Assembly (NCBI RefSeq): GCF_006345805.1
Contig: NW_021835061.1
Location: forward strand, 1-46,487
Length of the DNA stretch: 46,487 nt
Origin: Octopus sinensis
Lineage: Eukaryota
Direction: 5' to 3'
Shown: piece after piece, positions 1 to 11,684 of the stretch
Layout: the number at the start of each line of letters is the position of its first letter
Numbering within the stretch: the first letter of the stretch is position 1
The notes under the pieces: model-generated
The model's input: only the letters and a program-made list of their open reading frames with translations
Database searches by the model: none
What the model was told of the DNA's origin: nothing
Made by a program: the position numbers and the translations under genes

Positions 1-345
1 ACGGGACGTAGTGGTGGGGGATAAGATGCGCCACATATGCTATATAGTTGAAGTTTCATGCCCCTTTGACCCACGATTAGTCAAGAAGGAAGACGAAAAG
101 ATAGGTACAGCCCTCTTAAGTACGAAATAGCTCAGATATGGAAAATGAAGAAGGTGAAGATAGTGCCAGTTATTGCTGGAATAGAGTGCCCAGTAGAACT
201 GTTACAAAAGGTTTGCCTCCTTGGCACGGCCACAATAATCAGGAAAGTATTAGTTGAAAAGAACGGATAGCATAGTACCGTAGGCAGTAGGTAGTAAGCT
301 CGCTGTGCATGCAAAACTCCAGGAGCTCCAACAAAACCTGTGTTA
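1..345 (+). mobile_element. 3' end of an R4/Dong-clade non-LTR retrotransposon (restriction-like endonuclease C-terminus plus 3' UTR), followed by an (AAT)n tail at 351-422
   Basis: Manual translation with a frameshift gives RDVVVGDKMRHICYIVEVSCPFDPRLVKKEDEKI / YSPLKYEIAQIWKMKKVKIVPVIAG..LLQKVCLLGTATIIRKVL*, matching the PD..D/ExK REL domain and the terminal LQK..LLGTA.I.R.VL motif. Confidence 0.85.
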
Positions 346-376
346 AAGGAAAATAATAATAATAATAATAATAATA

Positions 377-425
<49 letters not shown>

Positions 426-1585
426 GCAGGCTTATTGGCAATTATATATACATGTATGTATGTATGTGTGTATGTGTATAGGCGCAAGGGCGGCCGGTAG
501 TAAGAAAATTGTATTCGACGAACGGGAACGTGAAACTCTGAGTACTAGTTCAGTGATAATTTTGCAGCTTTAAAAAAAGTATATTACTTTACCTTTGGTA
601 TTCGAATACTATTTTCCCCAGCTTGTTTTGCACAATTGCAACGTGGAAGATGTTTATAAGCAATTTAAAATCACACAAACACCGTTAGATTCACTTCAAC
701 ATTTAAATTCAATTGTCAAAATATTTTCGCCGTTTTCAGACCTGCTCACTGACAAAATTCTGCGCAGCACGGAATGTGGTTTTTTAAATGGCATATAAAT
801 GCCTTCCATGCTGCAACTGTTTTGGTTTCAGCACACGATCTCAGATTAGGTCACTTGCTACGCAAGTACATCTCCGTAATATATATATATATATATATAT
901 ATATTTCTTCCTTTGATTTCAGTTTTGGACAGAGTGTTTACATTGTTGTTTGAAGGTCATGAAAAAAGTGTCGTGGGCGAATGTAGACTTAAACGCTCAA
1001 AATATTTTGTGTATAAAATCTTTTTGGTTACTAAAGCCTCAATCACTTATCCCAGGGGATCAAAAAACACATCTACCACCCCGACGGCTCGATATCATAA
1101 CAGAAATGTAATTCTCTGTCTCTCGACCGTCTACATTAAAAGCTTTATTCTTACATGCAAGACAAGAAATTTGTTTACATTCAGATCGTAAATTAGAAAC
1201 ATCGAGAAATTTGAAAATCCATCTTTGCCATGGAGTACATTGAACTGACCTTGCCAACAAAATTCTGAAATTCGATTTATCCTTAAGAATATACAGAAAT
1301 TTTTTGAGAGAAAATTGTTGCTTTCCCCAGCTTCGTCAAAATTTCAGCAGCCACCATTTACATAAAATGAAGCAGAAAGCAAAATTAAATTTAGTGATCG
1401 AATAGTATAGTAGTTCTGGTTAAAAGTTAGGTGTAGACTGGAACAAAACAAATTTTTTACGGCGTCAAATGACTTCGAGGACAAAAACGTCTGATGTGAA
1501 ATATTTCAGTGTCGAATTAGCGATGCCAAATAGGCAGGGACAAAACAGCTGTGCCAAAACATCCCATATCCATTGATGAAACTAT

Positions 1586-1838
1586 CCTCATCATCACCAT
1601 CACCATCATCGTCGTCATCATCATCATCACCATCATCATCATCACCATCATCATCATCATTATCATCATCTTCTTCTTCTTCTTCTTCTTCCGCAACCTC
1701 TAACCTTTGCAATGTGAGGCGCTCTTCAGAACTCTGAAGATTTTTACAATTATTCCGGTAGTTTCTCCTCTCCTTTCTGACATTGCAGAGACCGAGAGAC
1801 ATCCTCGCCAGCGCTTCTCTCACATCGCAGGGTATTCA

Positions 1839-1922
<84 letters not shown>

Positions 1923-1950
1923 CGCGCGTGCGTGTGTGTATGTGTATGTA

Positions 1951-1993
<43 letters not shown>

Positions 1994-2010
1994 AAAAGAA
2001 AGAGAGAGAA
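1586..2010. repeat. (CAT)n/(TCT)n tract at about 1586-1690 and (GT)n-(GA)n tract at about 1843-2010
   Basis: Read directly from the sequence. Confidence 0.95.
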
Positions 2011-2614
2011 GCAAAGACTAATACTCTCCCTCCCCTCCAATTTTTGGACTAGTAATTCATCAATCTCAAAAAAAGGAAAACCAAAGTAGACCTCAACTGG
2101 ATTTGAACTCAGAGCGCGGGTAAAGCATTTTAACTATCCTAATGGACGCCCGCCCCCCACAACCCTTAAAGTTATTCTAACAACACCTTAAGATACCGTA
2201 AACCATAAATGATCTTTTATGGCCAGGGGCATATTCTTATCTCATCCTTAACTTTCTGCGTTAATTTCGTTTCCATTACGTTTCGTGTTTTCTCTATTGA
2301 CTTTATGTAATTAATGCTTTTCTAATTGTTTCTTTTTAATTAATTTGCATCTAGCATATTGCATTTTATGAAGAAATACATTTGTCATATAATGGTGTTT
2401 ATGAAAAAATATATTTGTTGTTCGATGGTATTGTGTTAGTTTACAATGTAAGACATAGAAATGTATGAATGTTACAAAGAAGTAAAATATGGTTTTGTAC
2501 TGTTGTGCGGTGATACGAGGTGCTCCGTATTTACAATGTGCGTTTGTTCTCTTCTATAACATAGTTTAAAAAAATGCATTGAAATCTGTGGAGTTTTCTC
2601 AGGTCCATTAGGAA

Positions 2615-2876
<262 letters not shown>

Positions 2877-3828
2877 GGGCGTCGACGAGGAATACCTGAC
2901 CCGCCTGTTTCAAACGACTTTCGGCCCGGGACCTATGGACAACTTCCAGAGATCCCTGGCCTGGCGGTGCTACCGAGAAGCGCTACCCGTTCGGGATAAG
3001 CTCTATAGGCATGGCTCGTGAAACACGGGGCCGACTTGCCCGAGATGCGGGCAGAGCGACGAAACCGCTCTGCACGCAATCGTGAAGTGTCCAGCAATTT
3101 CCGACCTGTGGGCTTATGTCGAACGACTGCTGTCACGTGTGGGACGTGTCGGTTTATCAGCCGAGTCTATCGTTAATATCGTCACGCCTCCTTCCTTCAA
3201 ACGGGAAGGAAGAGGTATTTTTATCATACTTGTGGCTATGGCGAAAGAATGTATCTGGTGGGCGCGCCTGAAAGGATTAGAGACAAACCTTTCCTCTCTG
3301 GTCAATCTCTCATCAACTTCTTCAAGTATCACTTGAAGAGGAAAGTGAGAGTAGAGAGGCAAGTTTGTCTAGTGAATGTTTTAAAAAATGATGGGTGAAT
3401 GTAGCAAGGATGGTACGTATGAATGACGAAGCCACCTTGACTATGATTCTATGAACCGTAAAAATTAATACAGAGAGTTGCTTATTTGCAAAAAAAAAAA
3501 AAAGAAATATAACATGTGACTTCATTGACCGAGGTTACCGTGGTCTTTTCCGTAGGCTTTTCTTTCCACGGGTAAACCTCACCTGTTCTCCCCTTTACAC
3601 TTCATATTGACATTTCTGTGATAACGATCCCTATTGATCAATTTTTTTGCTCTCCCCCCACCTTTTTTTTTTTTTTATTAACCCCTCCCTTTTTTTAGTC
3701 CTCTTTCTTTCCTTTTACGATCCCCTTTGATCGAAAACCACCACTCCCTTTTTTTTACCCCCAAAGAAAAGCTCTACCTTGTAATTTGTTCTATCTGTGT
3801 GCAGCCCTGTGTGGCTAATAAAGAAACA
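2877..3828 (+). mobile_element. Tx1-clade (L1-like) non-LTR retrotransposon, 5'-truncated copy 1
   Basis: Translation ...LAWRCYREALPVRDKLYRHGS*NTGPTCPRCGQSDETALHAIVKCPAISDLWAYVE...MAKECIWWARLKG is the C-terminal CCHC (zf-RVT) region of L1/Tx1 ORF2. A pyrimidine-rich 3' UTR ends in AATAAA (3817-3822) directly before (ATCT)n. Confidence 0.85.
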
Positions 3829-3874
3829 TATCTATCTATCTATCTATCTATCTAACTAACTACCTTTCTATCTA

Positions 3875-4190
3875 TAGGCTTTTCTTCCCACGGATAAACC
3901 TTACTTGCTTTCCCCTTTACACCATATATCATAACACTGTGATACACGATCCCTATTGATCGTTCTTTTTTCCTCTTCCCCTTTTTTCCCCTTTTTTCTT
4001 CTTTTTTCATTTCTCTTTTCTTTTGTTCCTTTTCCTTTTCTTTTTTTCTTTTTATTCTTTTTATTTTTTATTTTATTTATTTATTATTATTTTTTTCTTT
4101 TGTTTTTTGTTTTTTTCATCCCCCAAAAGAAAAGCTCTACCTTGTAACTTGTCTCATCTGTGTGCAGCCCTGTGTGGCCAATAAAGAAAC
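3875..4190 (+). mobile_element. 3'-UTR-only copy of the same Tx1 family
   Basis: Matches the copy 1 3' UTR from taggcttt...ccacgg through gcagccctgtgtggc.aataaagaaac. (ATCT)n lies on both sides. Confidence 0.8.
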
Positions 4191-4282
<92 letters not shown>

Positions 4283-4316
4283 TTATCTATCTGTCTACCT
4301 ATCTATTTATCTATCT

Positions 4317-5449
4317 GCGCAGACACGCGCTGAGACTGCGACATCTCCAGCTCTATGTAGACGACGGTGAACAGGTGTGGTCGCCGTTTGTGAGGCACGC
4401 TTTCCCGCAGCTCGTCTCCATGACTGAACTGCAGTCGTGGATCAAAAAAGGCCGAGGAAGCGCGAATGGCACCGCGAGTGTCGCTTTGCTCTCAAGCAAC
4501 TATGCCGTCCCGAGTCGACCTTGAGTAACTTCAACACAACCCAAGCATTCTATAGGGGATTAGTGTAGGGGAGGTACGACGACGATCTTGGGGCGAACCT
4601 GGGCGTCGACGAGGAATACCTGAACCGCTACCCGTTCGGGATAAGCTCTACAGACACGGCTCGAGAAACACGGGGCCGACTTGCCCGAGATGCGGGCAGA
4701 GCGACGAAACCGTTCTGCACGCAGTCGTGCAGTGTCCAACAATCTCCGACCTGTGGGCTTATGTCGAACGACTGCTGTCACGTGTGGGACGTGTCGGTTT
4801 ATCAGCCGAGTCTATCGTTAATATCGTCACGCCTCCTTCCTTCAAACGGGAAGGAAGAGCTATTTTTATCATACTTGTGGCTATGGCGAAAGAATGTATC
4901 TGGTGGACGCGCCTGAAAGGATTAGAGACAAACACTTTCCTCTCTGGTCAATCTCTCATCAACTTCTTCAAGTATCACTTGAAGAGGAAAGTGAGAGTAG
5001 AGAGGCAAGTTTGTCTAGTGAATGTTTTAAAAATAGATGGGTGAATGTAGCAAGAATGCTACATGAATGACGAAGCCACCTTGACCATGATCCTATGAAC
5101 CGTAAAAATTAATACAGAGAGTTGCTTATTTGTAAAAAAATATAACATGTGACTTCATTGACCGAGGTTGCCGTGGTCTTTTCCGTAGGCTTTTCTTTCC
5201 ACGGGTAAACCTCACTTGTCCTCCCTTTTACACCTCATATTGACATTTCAGTGATAACGATCCCTATTGATCGATTTTTTCTTTTTCCTTTTGTTTCCCC
5301 CTTCCCCCTTTTTTGCTTTCCTCTTTCTTTTACTTTTACGATCCCTTTTGATCGAAAACCAAACCCCCTTTTTTTATCCCCCAAAAGAAAAGCTCTACCT
5401 TGTAATTTGTCCCGTCTGTATGCAGCCCTGTGTGGCTAATAAAGAAACA
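4317..5449 (+). mobile_element. Tx1-clade retrotransposon, 5'-truncated copy 2 (longer 5' extent, 79-bp internal deletion)
   Basis: Near-identical to copy 1 over CPRCGQSDETVLHAVVQCP...ECIWWTRLKG and the 3' UTR. Starts at the edge of (ATCT)n 4191-4316 and ends with AATAAA (5438-5443) before (ATCT)n. Confidence 0.88.
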
Positions 5450-5535
<86 letters not shown>

Positions 5536-5555
5536 ACTAACTAACTAACTACCTT

Positions 5556-5623
<68 letters not shown>

Positions 5624-5704
5624 CATACATACATACATACATACCTATCTATCTATCTGTCTGTCTGTCTGTCTGTCTGCTTGTTTGTCCTCTGTCAGTC
5701 AGTC

Positions 5705-5785
<81 letters not shown>

Positions 5786-5790
5786 CTATC
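5450..5790. repeat. (ATCT)n microsatellite with CTAA, CATA and CTGT variant blocks
   Basis: Read directly from the sequence. Confidence 0.95.
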
Positions 5791-6104
5791 TCTCACTATA
5801 TATATATTCACAATCACGCGCACAAACACGGACACGTATATATATACATACACACATGATAATAATAATTATCATTATTTTTGCTGTTGTTGTTGTTTTA
5901 TATTGTATACATATATTTATATATATATGCACGCATGCATATATGGGTACACACACATATATACACAGACTCACATATGTATATGTACACATATTTATAT
6001 GCGTATAATATGTATACAATATGCAATGTGTATGTGTATAAATCAACAACAACAACAACAACAACAACAATAACAATAACAACAACAACAATAATAATAA
6101 TTAT

Positions 6105-6720
6105 AATGTGTCAGAAAAATGTAGTCTGTGGAACTTGGCACAGGAAGAATATAAGAAAAGGAGGCATGACCAAGCAGTAGAAGTTATACACTGGAAGATT
6201 TGCCAGAAATGGGGATGTGAAACTGGGAACACATAGTATGAAAGAGTACTGGAATCGAAAAAGTACTGGAGTCGGAGAAATGTAAGATTTTGTGAAACGT
6301 TCCTATTCAGACAGACAAGAAGTTAGAAAATAATAGACCAGTCATAATAATAGACAAAGAAAAGCGAAGTTGCTAACTAATTATTAATCATGTCCGTTTG
6401 ATTCCAGGATCGTAAAGAAAGAACCGGAAAAAATACAATTCCTTAAAATTTGAAATTGCAAGAATATGGAATATGAAAACTGTATATAACAGTTGGTGCA
6501 TTGGGAAGTGGAAGCAAAGATAAAGACAACTGGCTGAAGGAGATTGGAACTGAATGTTCTGTAGAACTTTTACGGGAAGTTTGTTCCTTTGGAACAGGAG
6601 AGGTTATCAGGAGGGTTTTAAGCACTTGAAAGCTAGTGGATACCTAAGGTTGCAGGTAGTAACCTTAGGTATCCCACCAGAAATAAGACGGAACCTGACT
6701 CAAATCAAGAATAATGATAA
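6105..6720 (+). mobile_element. Degenerate R4/Dong-clade 3' fragment
   Basis: Remnant motifs EYKKRRHDQAVEVIHWKICQKWGC, IQTDKKLENNRP, LKFEIARIWNM, GALG and a degenerate LLREVC.FGTGEVIRRVLST*. Preceded by (AAC)n/(AAT)n at 6045-6104 and ends in aataatgataat. Confidence 0.8.
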
Positions 6721-6744
6721 TTGTGTAACAGAAAGAAAAACTTA

Positions 6745-7600
6745 AAGAAGAAAACAGCACACAAGAAAACAAACAGCATGGAAGGAAAAGAAAATATGCA
6801 GTCAGTTTGGAAGAGATACGAACACCAAGACATTTACAGACGACCGGTGGCTACGGATGAGAAGGTGTGACCTAAAGATAGAAACAGAAGCGCCTATATT
6901 CACAGTTCAAGTACAAGCGTTAAGGGCCAATTATGTAAAGTGCAGAATAGACAACACTACCGACAGCAACAAATGCAGAATGTGTGGTGAGAAGGGAGAA
7001 ACAGTATGACACATTTTTAGCGAATGCACGAAATTGCCACAACGCGAATACAAAAGAATACATGATAATGTGGCAAGAGTGATCCATTGGGAACACTGTG
7101 GGAACCACAGCCTACAAAGAGCAATGACGTGGTATGGCAAACCCCAGAAGGATTCACCGAGAATAAAAACTGCGAAATCCTGTGGGATTCAAAAATTCAG
7201 TGCGATCACTTGACCAGACATCGGAAACTGGACATTGTTGTGGTGAATAAAGAAGAAAGAACATGCATGATACTCGACATAACGAGCCCCAGTGACAATA
7301 AGATCAAAGAGAAAGAAGAAAAAGTGAACAATTACGACGATTTGAAATTTGAAGTACAAATGTTGTGGACAATGAAGAGAGTAGATGTGATACTAATAGT
7401 AATTGGTGCATTTGCACTCATCTACCAGCATTGGCTGAAAAAGATTGGTGCAATTGTGAAAGTAGAACACTTACAAAAATCGGCATTGCTTGGAACTGCA
7501 AGAATTCTTCGTAGGGTTCTTGAAGCATGACCAGTAATCAAATGTCACCTTTGTCTGCTGGCTGTGGACAGCTGACACTTCCCATCGTGTCTAGCAAAAT
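6745..7600 (+). mobile_element. R4/Dong-clade 3' fragment with CCHC zinc knuckle and REL endonuclease (pseudogenised)
   Basis: DLKIETEAPIFTVQVQALRANYVKCRID...KCRMCGEKGETV*HIFSEC...HDNVARVIHW, then ORF 7087-7530 ILWDSKIQCD...RKLDIVVVNKEERTCMILDITSPSD...LQKSALLGTARILRRVLEA. Confidence 0.92.
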
Positions 7601-7619
7601 AAGCAGTGAGTGTCCATCA

Positions 7620-7679
7620 AAACCCCCTCCCCCCAAATTTCAGGGCTTGTGCCTATAGTAGAAAGGATTATTATTATTA

Positions 7680-7733
<54 letters not shown>

Positions 7734-7761
7734 TATTATTAATATTATTATTATTATTATT
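7620..7761 (+). mobile_element. 3' end of SINE family A with an expanded (ATT)n tail
   Basis: ccccctccccaaatttcagggcttgtgcctatagtagaaaggatt(att)n matches the 3' ends of the family A copies at 38750-38790 (+) and 20261-20300 (-). Confidence 0.7.
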
Positions 7762-8668
7762 CAGTAGTTTTATTTTTATAGCGTGCTTTCACTTCACTAC
7801 CGAGCGCAGCTCTGTGTGCCTTGGGTATGTGCTGTGATTTGTTGTGATGCTCTGATGGTTATTGTATGGAAAGTGTTCTGCGTAGGATGTGTGCAGTGCC
7901 TAGTAGTGCAATTTTCTGTATGTTATATGTGTTTGTAAGTCCTGGTGTTTTTGTTATGTATTTGTCTGAATATTTTTTTATCATGCCTAATGCACCTACT
8001 ATGATAGGAATTGTTTCTGTTTTCAGGTTCCACATTCTAGTTACCTCTATTTCCAGGTCTTTGTATTTTGAGAGTTTCTCCATTTCTTTTAGAGACACGT
8101 TGTCATCTGCCGGTATTGATACATCAATTAGAAAGCATTTTTTTTCTTCATGATCTCTGACAACTATATCTGGTCTGTTGGCCTTAATTTCTCTATCTGT
8201 ATGTATCGGCATATCCCAGAGTATGGTTGCTTTCTCGTTTTCTGTGACCTTTTCTGGTGTGTGCCTATACCATCTTTTTTCTGTTGTTATTCCATAATGT
8301 TGGCATAGCTTCCAATGTATGTAGGTTCCAACTCTGTCATGTCTGTGAATATATTCCTTCTTAGCCAGGACTGGCAGCTAGAGATAATATGATTTATTGT
8401 TTCTTGTCCATCTCCACATATTCTGCAGTTACTTGTAATATTTCTTTTCATTACATGTTTTTGGTAATTCTGGTGGGGAGGCTTTGGTCTTGTGCTGCAA
8501 TTAAAAATCCCTCTGTTTCTGCTTTGAGTCCTGAGCTTCTCAACCATTGCTGGGATTTTTCTTTGTCTATTTCTTTTGCGTTTAGTTAGTGCAGTATTTA
8601 CCATGAAGGGGTTTTTCTTGCCATCGTTTTATCATGGCTCGTTGCTGTTCTATTTTTAGTTTGGATTT
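7762..8668 (-). mobile_element. R4/Dong-clade 3' fragment (CCHC plus REL), flanked by (AAT)n on both sides
   Basis: SNCRICGDGQETINHIISSC (ORF 8287-8604) continues after a frameshift into ORF 7859-8212 MPIHTDREIKANRPDIVVRDHEEKKCFLIDVSIPADDN...IQKIALLGTAHILRRTLSIQ. Confidence 0.95.
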
Positions 8669-8669
8669 C

Positions 8670-8720
<51 letters not shown>

Positions 8721-8721
<1 letters not shown>

Positions 8722-9245
8722 GAGTGAGAGAGCAGTGCTTGCCATCAAAGTGACACTGGGGTAAAATATACGAAGCCCAGTATACCCATCATGACTACCC
8801 GTCTGATAAGGGTAGACCAGGCGCATGCATCACAACCATATGTGCGTGACATGGTGATCTCATATCAAGGTAAACAGCGCATGACCTTGCAGGTGGGGCC
8901 CAGTTAGAATTTTCTTCTGGTCGAGTAACCCATCAAGCTCAAAAGGCCCCTGAATAAGGTTTGTTTAAGGATGTTGAACAACCTATGTTTCTAAAGGTGA
9001 ATTATTCAAACCCCAAAGAATTCCTCTCAACACATGGCTATGATGCTCCCCCACTACTTCTGCTCGTGATCAGAGATGCACATGTTGTCAGCCACTAAGG
9101 GACATGGTCAACTGGTTAAGGTCAAACAACTGACAAGCAAATCTGTGGTATTGACCAGAATATTTGCTGTAGCCCGTCTTTTATTCCAAGACAAAACAAT
9201 GTACATAACACTTCCAATCAGTTATGATCAAAAGTCATGAGAGCC
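8721..9245 (-). mobile_element. Non-coding (AAT)n-tailed retroposon, longer copy
   Basis: Shares about 300 bp at its 3' end with 9761-10057. Both end identically in ...gctctctcactc-(aat)n. No recognisable ORF. Confidence 0.7.
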
Positions 9246-9249
9246 ATCA

Positions 9250-9716
9250 TTTATGGTTTCCTTTCATTATAACTTTATTTCAGCTCCCTTAACACCGGGC
9301 ATACTCCGGAGGCCGAGAGTAGCAAGGGTATTTTTGTTTTGCTATGCATGCTAAAATTATCACCACATTTATCCAATTTTAGATGGAGTGTATGGGCTGT
9401 ACCAATCGAAGTAATTTATGTAGTTTACGGAGTTTGGAGTTACCAGGGAGTTGCTTGATATACTTCTCAGCTCCCTTCTTTATCATTCCCAATGCACTAC
9501 TGGTATTACTGGTGTTATCGTAGTACTAATCTTCCACATTTTTGTGATTTCAATTTGCTGATCTTTATAGTGAGAAAGCTCTTCGTATTCCTTTCTTGAG
9601 ACATTTTGATCTTGTGGGACTGATATATCTATTAACAGACAAGTTCCACTGTTGTAGTCCAGTCGATTGGAGTTAATTTTTCTGTTTGGTTGTATTGGGA
9701 AATTCCAAAGGATGGT
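9250..9716 (-). mobile_element. Degenerate R4/Dong-clade 3' fragment, further subfamily
   Basis: Reverse-strand translation TILWNFPIQPNRKINSNRLD...CLLIDISVPQDQNVSRKEYEELSHYKDQQIEITKMWK...MIKKGAEKYIKQLPG. Confidence 0.85.
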
Positions 9717-9760
<44 letters not shown>

Positions 9761-10057
9761 GAGTGAGAGAGCAGTTCATGCCATCAAAGTGACACTGGGG
9801 TAAAATATACGAAGCCCAGTATACCCATCATGACTACCCGTCTGATAAGGGTACACCAGGCACATGCATCACAACCATATGTGCGCGACATGGTGATCTC
9901 ATATCAAGATAAACAGCGCATGACCTTGCAGGTGGGGCCCAGTTAGAATTTTCTTCAGGTTGAGTAGCCCATCCCGCTCAAAAGGTCCCTGAATAAGGGT
10001 TGTTTAAGGATGTTGAAAGAACCACCCATGTTTCCAGAGGTGAATTATTCAAACCCC
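9761..10057 (-). mobile_element. Non-coding (AAT)n-tailed retroposon, 5'-truncated copy, flanked by (AAT)n on both sides
   Basis: High similarity to 8721-9020. (ATT)n lies at 9717-9760 and 10058-10165. Confidence 0.7.
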
Positions 10058-10092
<35 letters not shown>

Positions 10093-10119
10093 GTATTATC
10101 ATTATTATTATTATTATTA

Positions 10120-10166
<47 letters not shown>

Positions 10167-11220
10167 TAAATAGAGTTGTTTTCTTTTTCTTTAGCGTCTA
10201 CATAAGGTCTACATCTTGAATTATTAACGAACGGCACAGTGCGGGGAGTTGTCATCAAATCTAAATATTAGTAGACACGACAAACAAATAGGGATTAACA
10301 GTTTGGAAGTGTACTTCAGGCGACGTGTCTCTGACTCGCGTTGTTGCAGCAGCAGCAGCATGTACAACAGCAACTACAGCAGCCAGTACACCAGCAGTAG
10401 TAGCAGCAGCAACAGCAAACGACAACCACTGCATCCGTCACAGCAACAGCAGCAGCCGTCACCTTTAAACAAAATGAATAACAATCATCTTCAATAAAGA
10501 ACCAGTGCTTGAAACATAAGGTTATTTATACGTACTTTGTTTCACTCTTATCTTACATGATAACCTCACAAACAGATGTACACACACCTATGCGCCTTCG
10601 TCTTTTTTATTTACATATTTATTTACTTATTTATTTATTGCCTTGCTCATTGATCATTCGACACTTCATCTGTGTAGTTTAATTAAATTGATGAAGTGGC
10701 TTTTGAAAGGTGCGTGCAGGTGTTAATAGACTAGTTCTAGCAGAGATGTAACACAAACCATTAATTTAGCGATTATATACAATGATGTTCTTGTAGCAGA
10801 AAGGAGAAGAAGGAGGAGAAACGTAGTCTTAATCTCCCTGGAGATGGGGGATTAAAATTTTGCTCATGAGAAAAAACAAATCAAACAAACAAAAAATAAA
10901 AGAAAAACCCAAAACAAATAAACAGACTACAAGACTACAAAATCTTTAAAGCAAGCAAATATTCCAGAAAAGAGTATGTATATATATGCATACATGCATG
11001 GGTATATATATACATACCGACACAATATATATATATGTATATATATATATAATTTATATACATTCACACACACACACATATATATATCAACATATATATA
11101 TATATGCATACATACGTACATATATATATACAAACATATATATATATATATGTCTACATATATATGCATACATGCATAGATACATACCTACACATACATA
11201 TATATTTCTATACATACATG

Positions 11221-11256
<36 letters not shown>

Positions 11257-11281
11257 TGTGTACGTACGTATGAAAGTAAGT

Positions 11282-11325
<44 letters not shown>

Positions 11326-11684
11326 CTGTGTGTTATATAAACAAATAAATTATAGTTGCTATTGAGAGTTGTCCAATCAGTAAAATTAATGACATACATA
11401 ATGAATATATAAATCCTTTTGTTCCAACAATGTTAATTTTGCATGGTAGAGGAAATGGAGGAGATGAATTCGATGGCGGGGCGGTTAAGCCGGAGGTGGT
11501 GGCGGTGGCGGTGGCGGTGGTAATGGTGAAGGTGGGGATGGTAGTTATGATGAAGATTGTAGAAGTGGTGGTGGTTGCTGATCTTCCGATTGAACCACAG
11601 AAACTGTTTCCGTTTCTCTGTTAATTGCTGATATTACTTGTCGGTCACTGCTCTCGACAGAAATGCCGCCATTTTTTTGGTGAC

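Noticed and set aside
595-1500. ORFs 595-798, 913-1191 and 1060-1260 in probable degenerate repeat DNA
   Set aside because: No transposase or host-protein motif could be recognised and no termini were found.
1506-1823. 105-aa minus-strand ORF with a long acidic E/D tract
   Set aside because: The acidic run is the (CAT)n/(TCT)n microsatellite, and the flanks show no recognisable domain.
1789-1831. Possible 43-nt micro-exon (ctttctgacattgcag| ... cagg|gtattc)
   Set aside because: The donor is weak, the peptide is unrecognised and there is no supporting neighbour exon.
2933-4781. Minus-strand ORFs MTAVVRHKPTG... (2933-3136, 3114-3362, 4560-4781)
   Set aside because: They are antisense frames of the GC-rich Tx1 ORF2 remnants.
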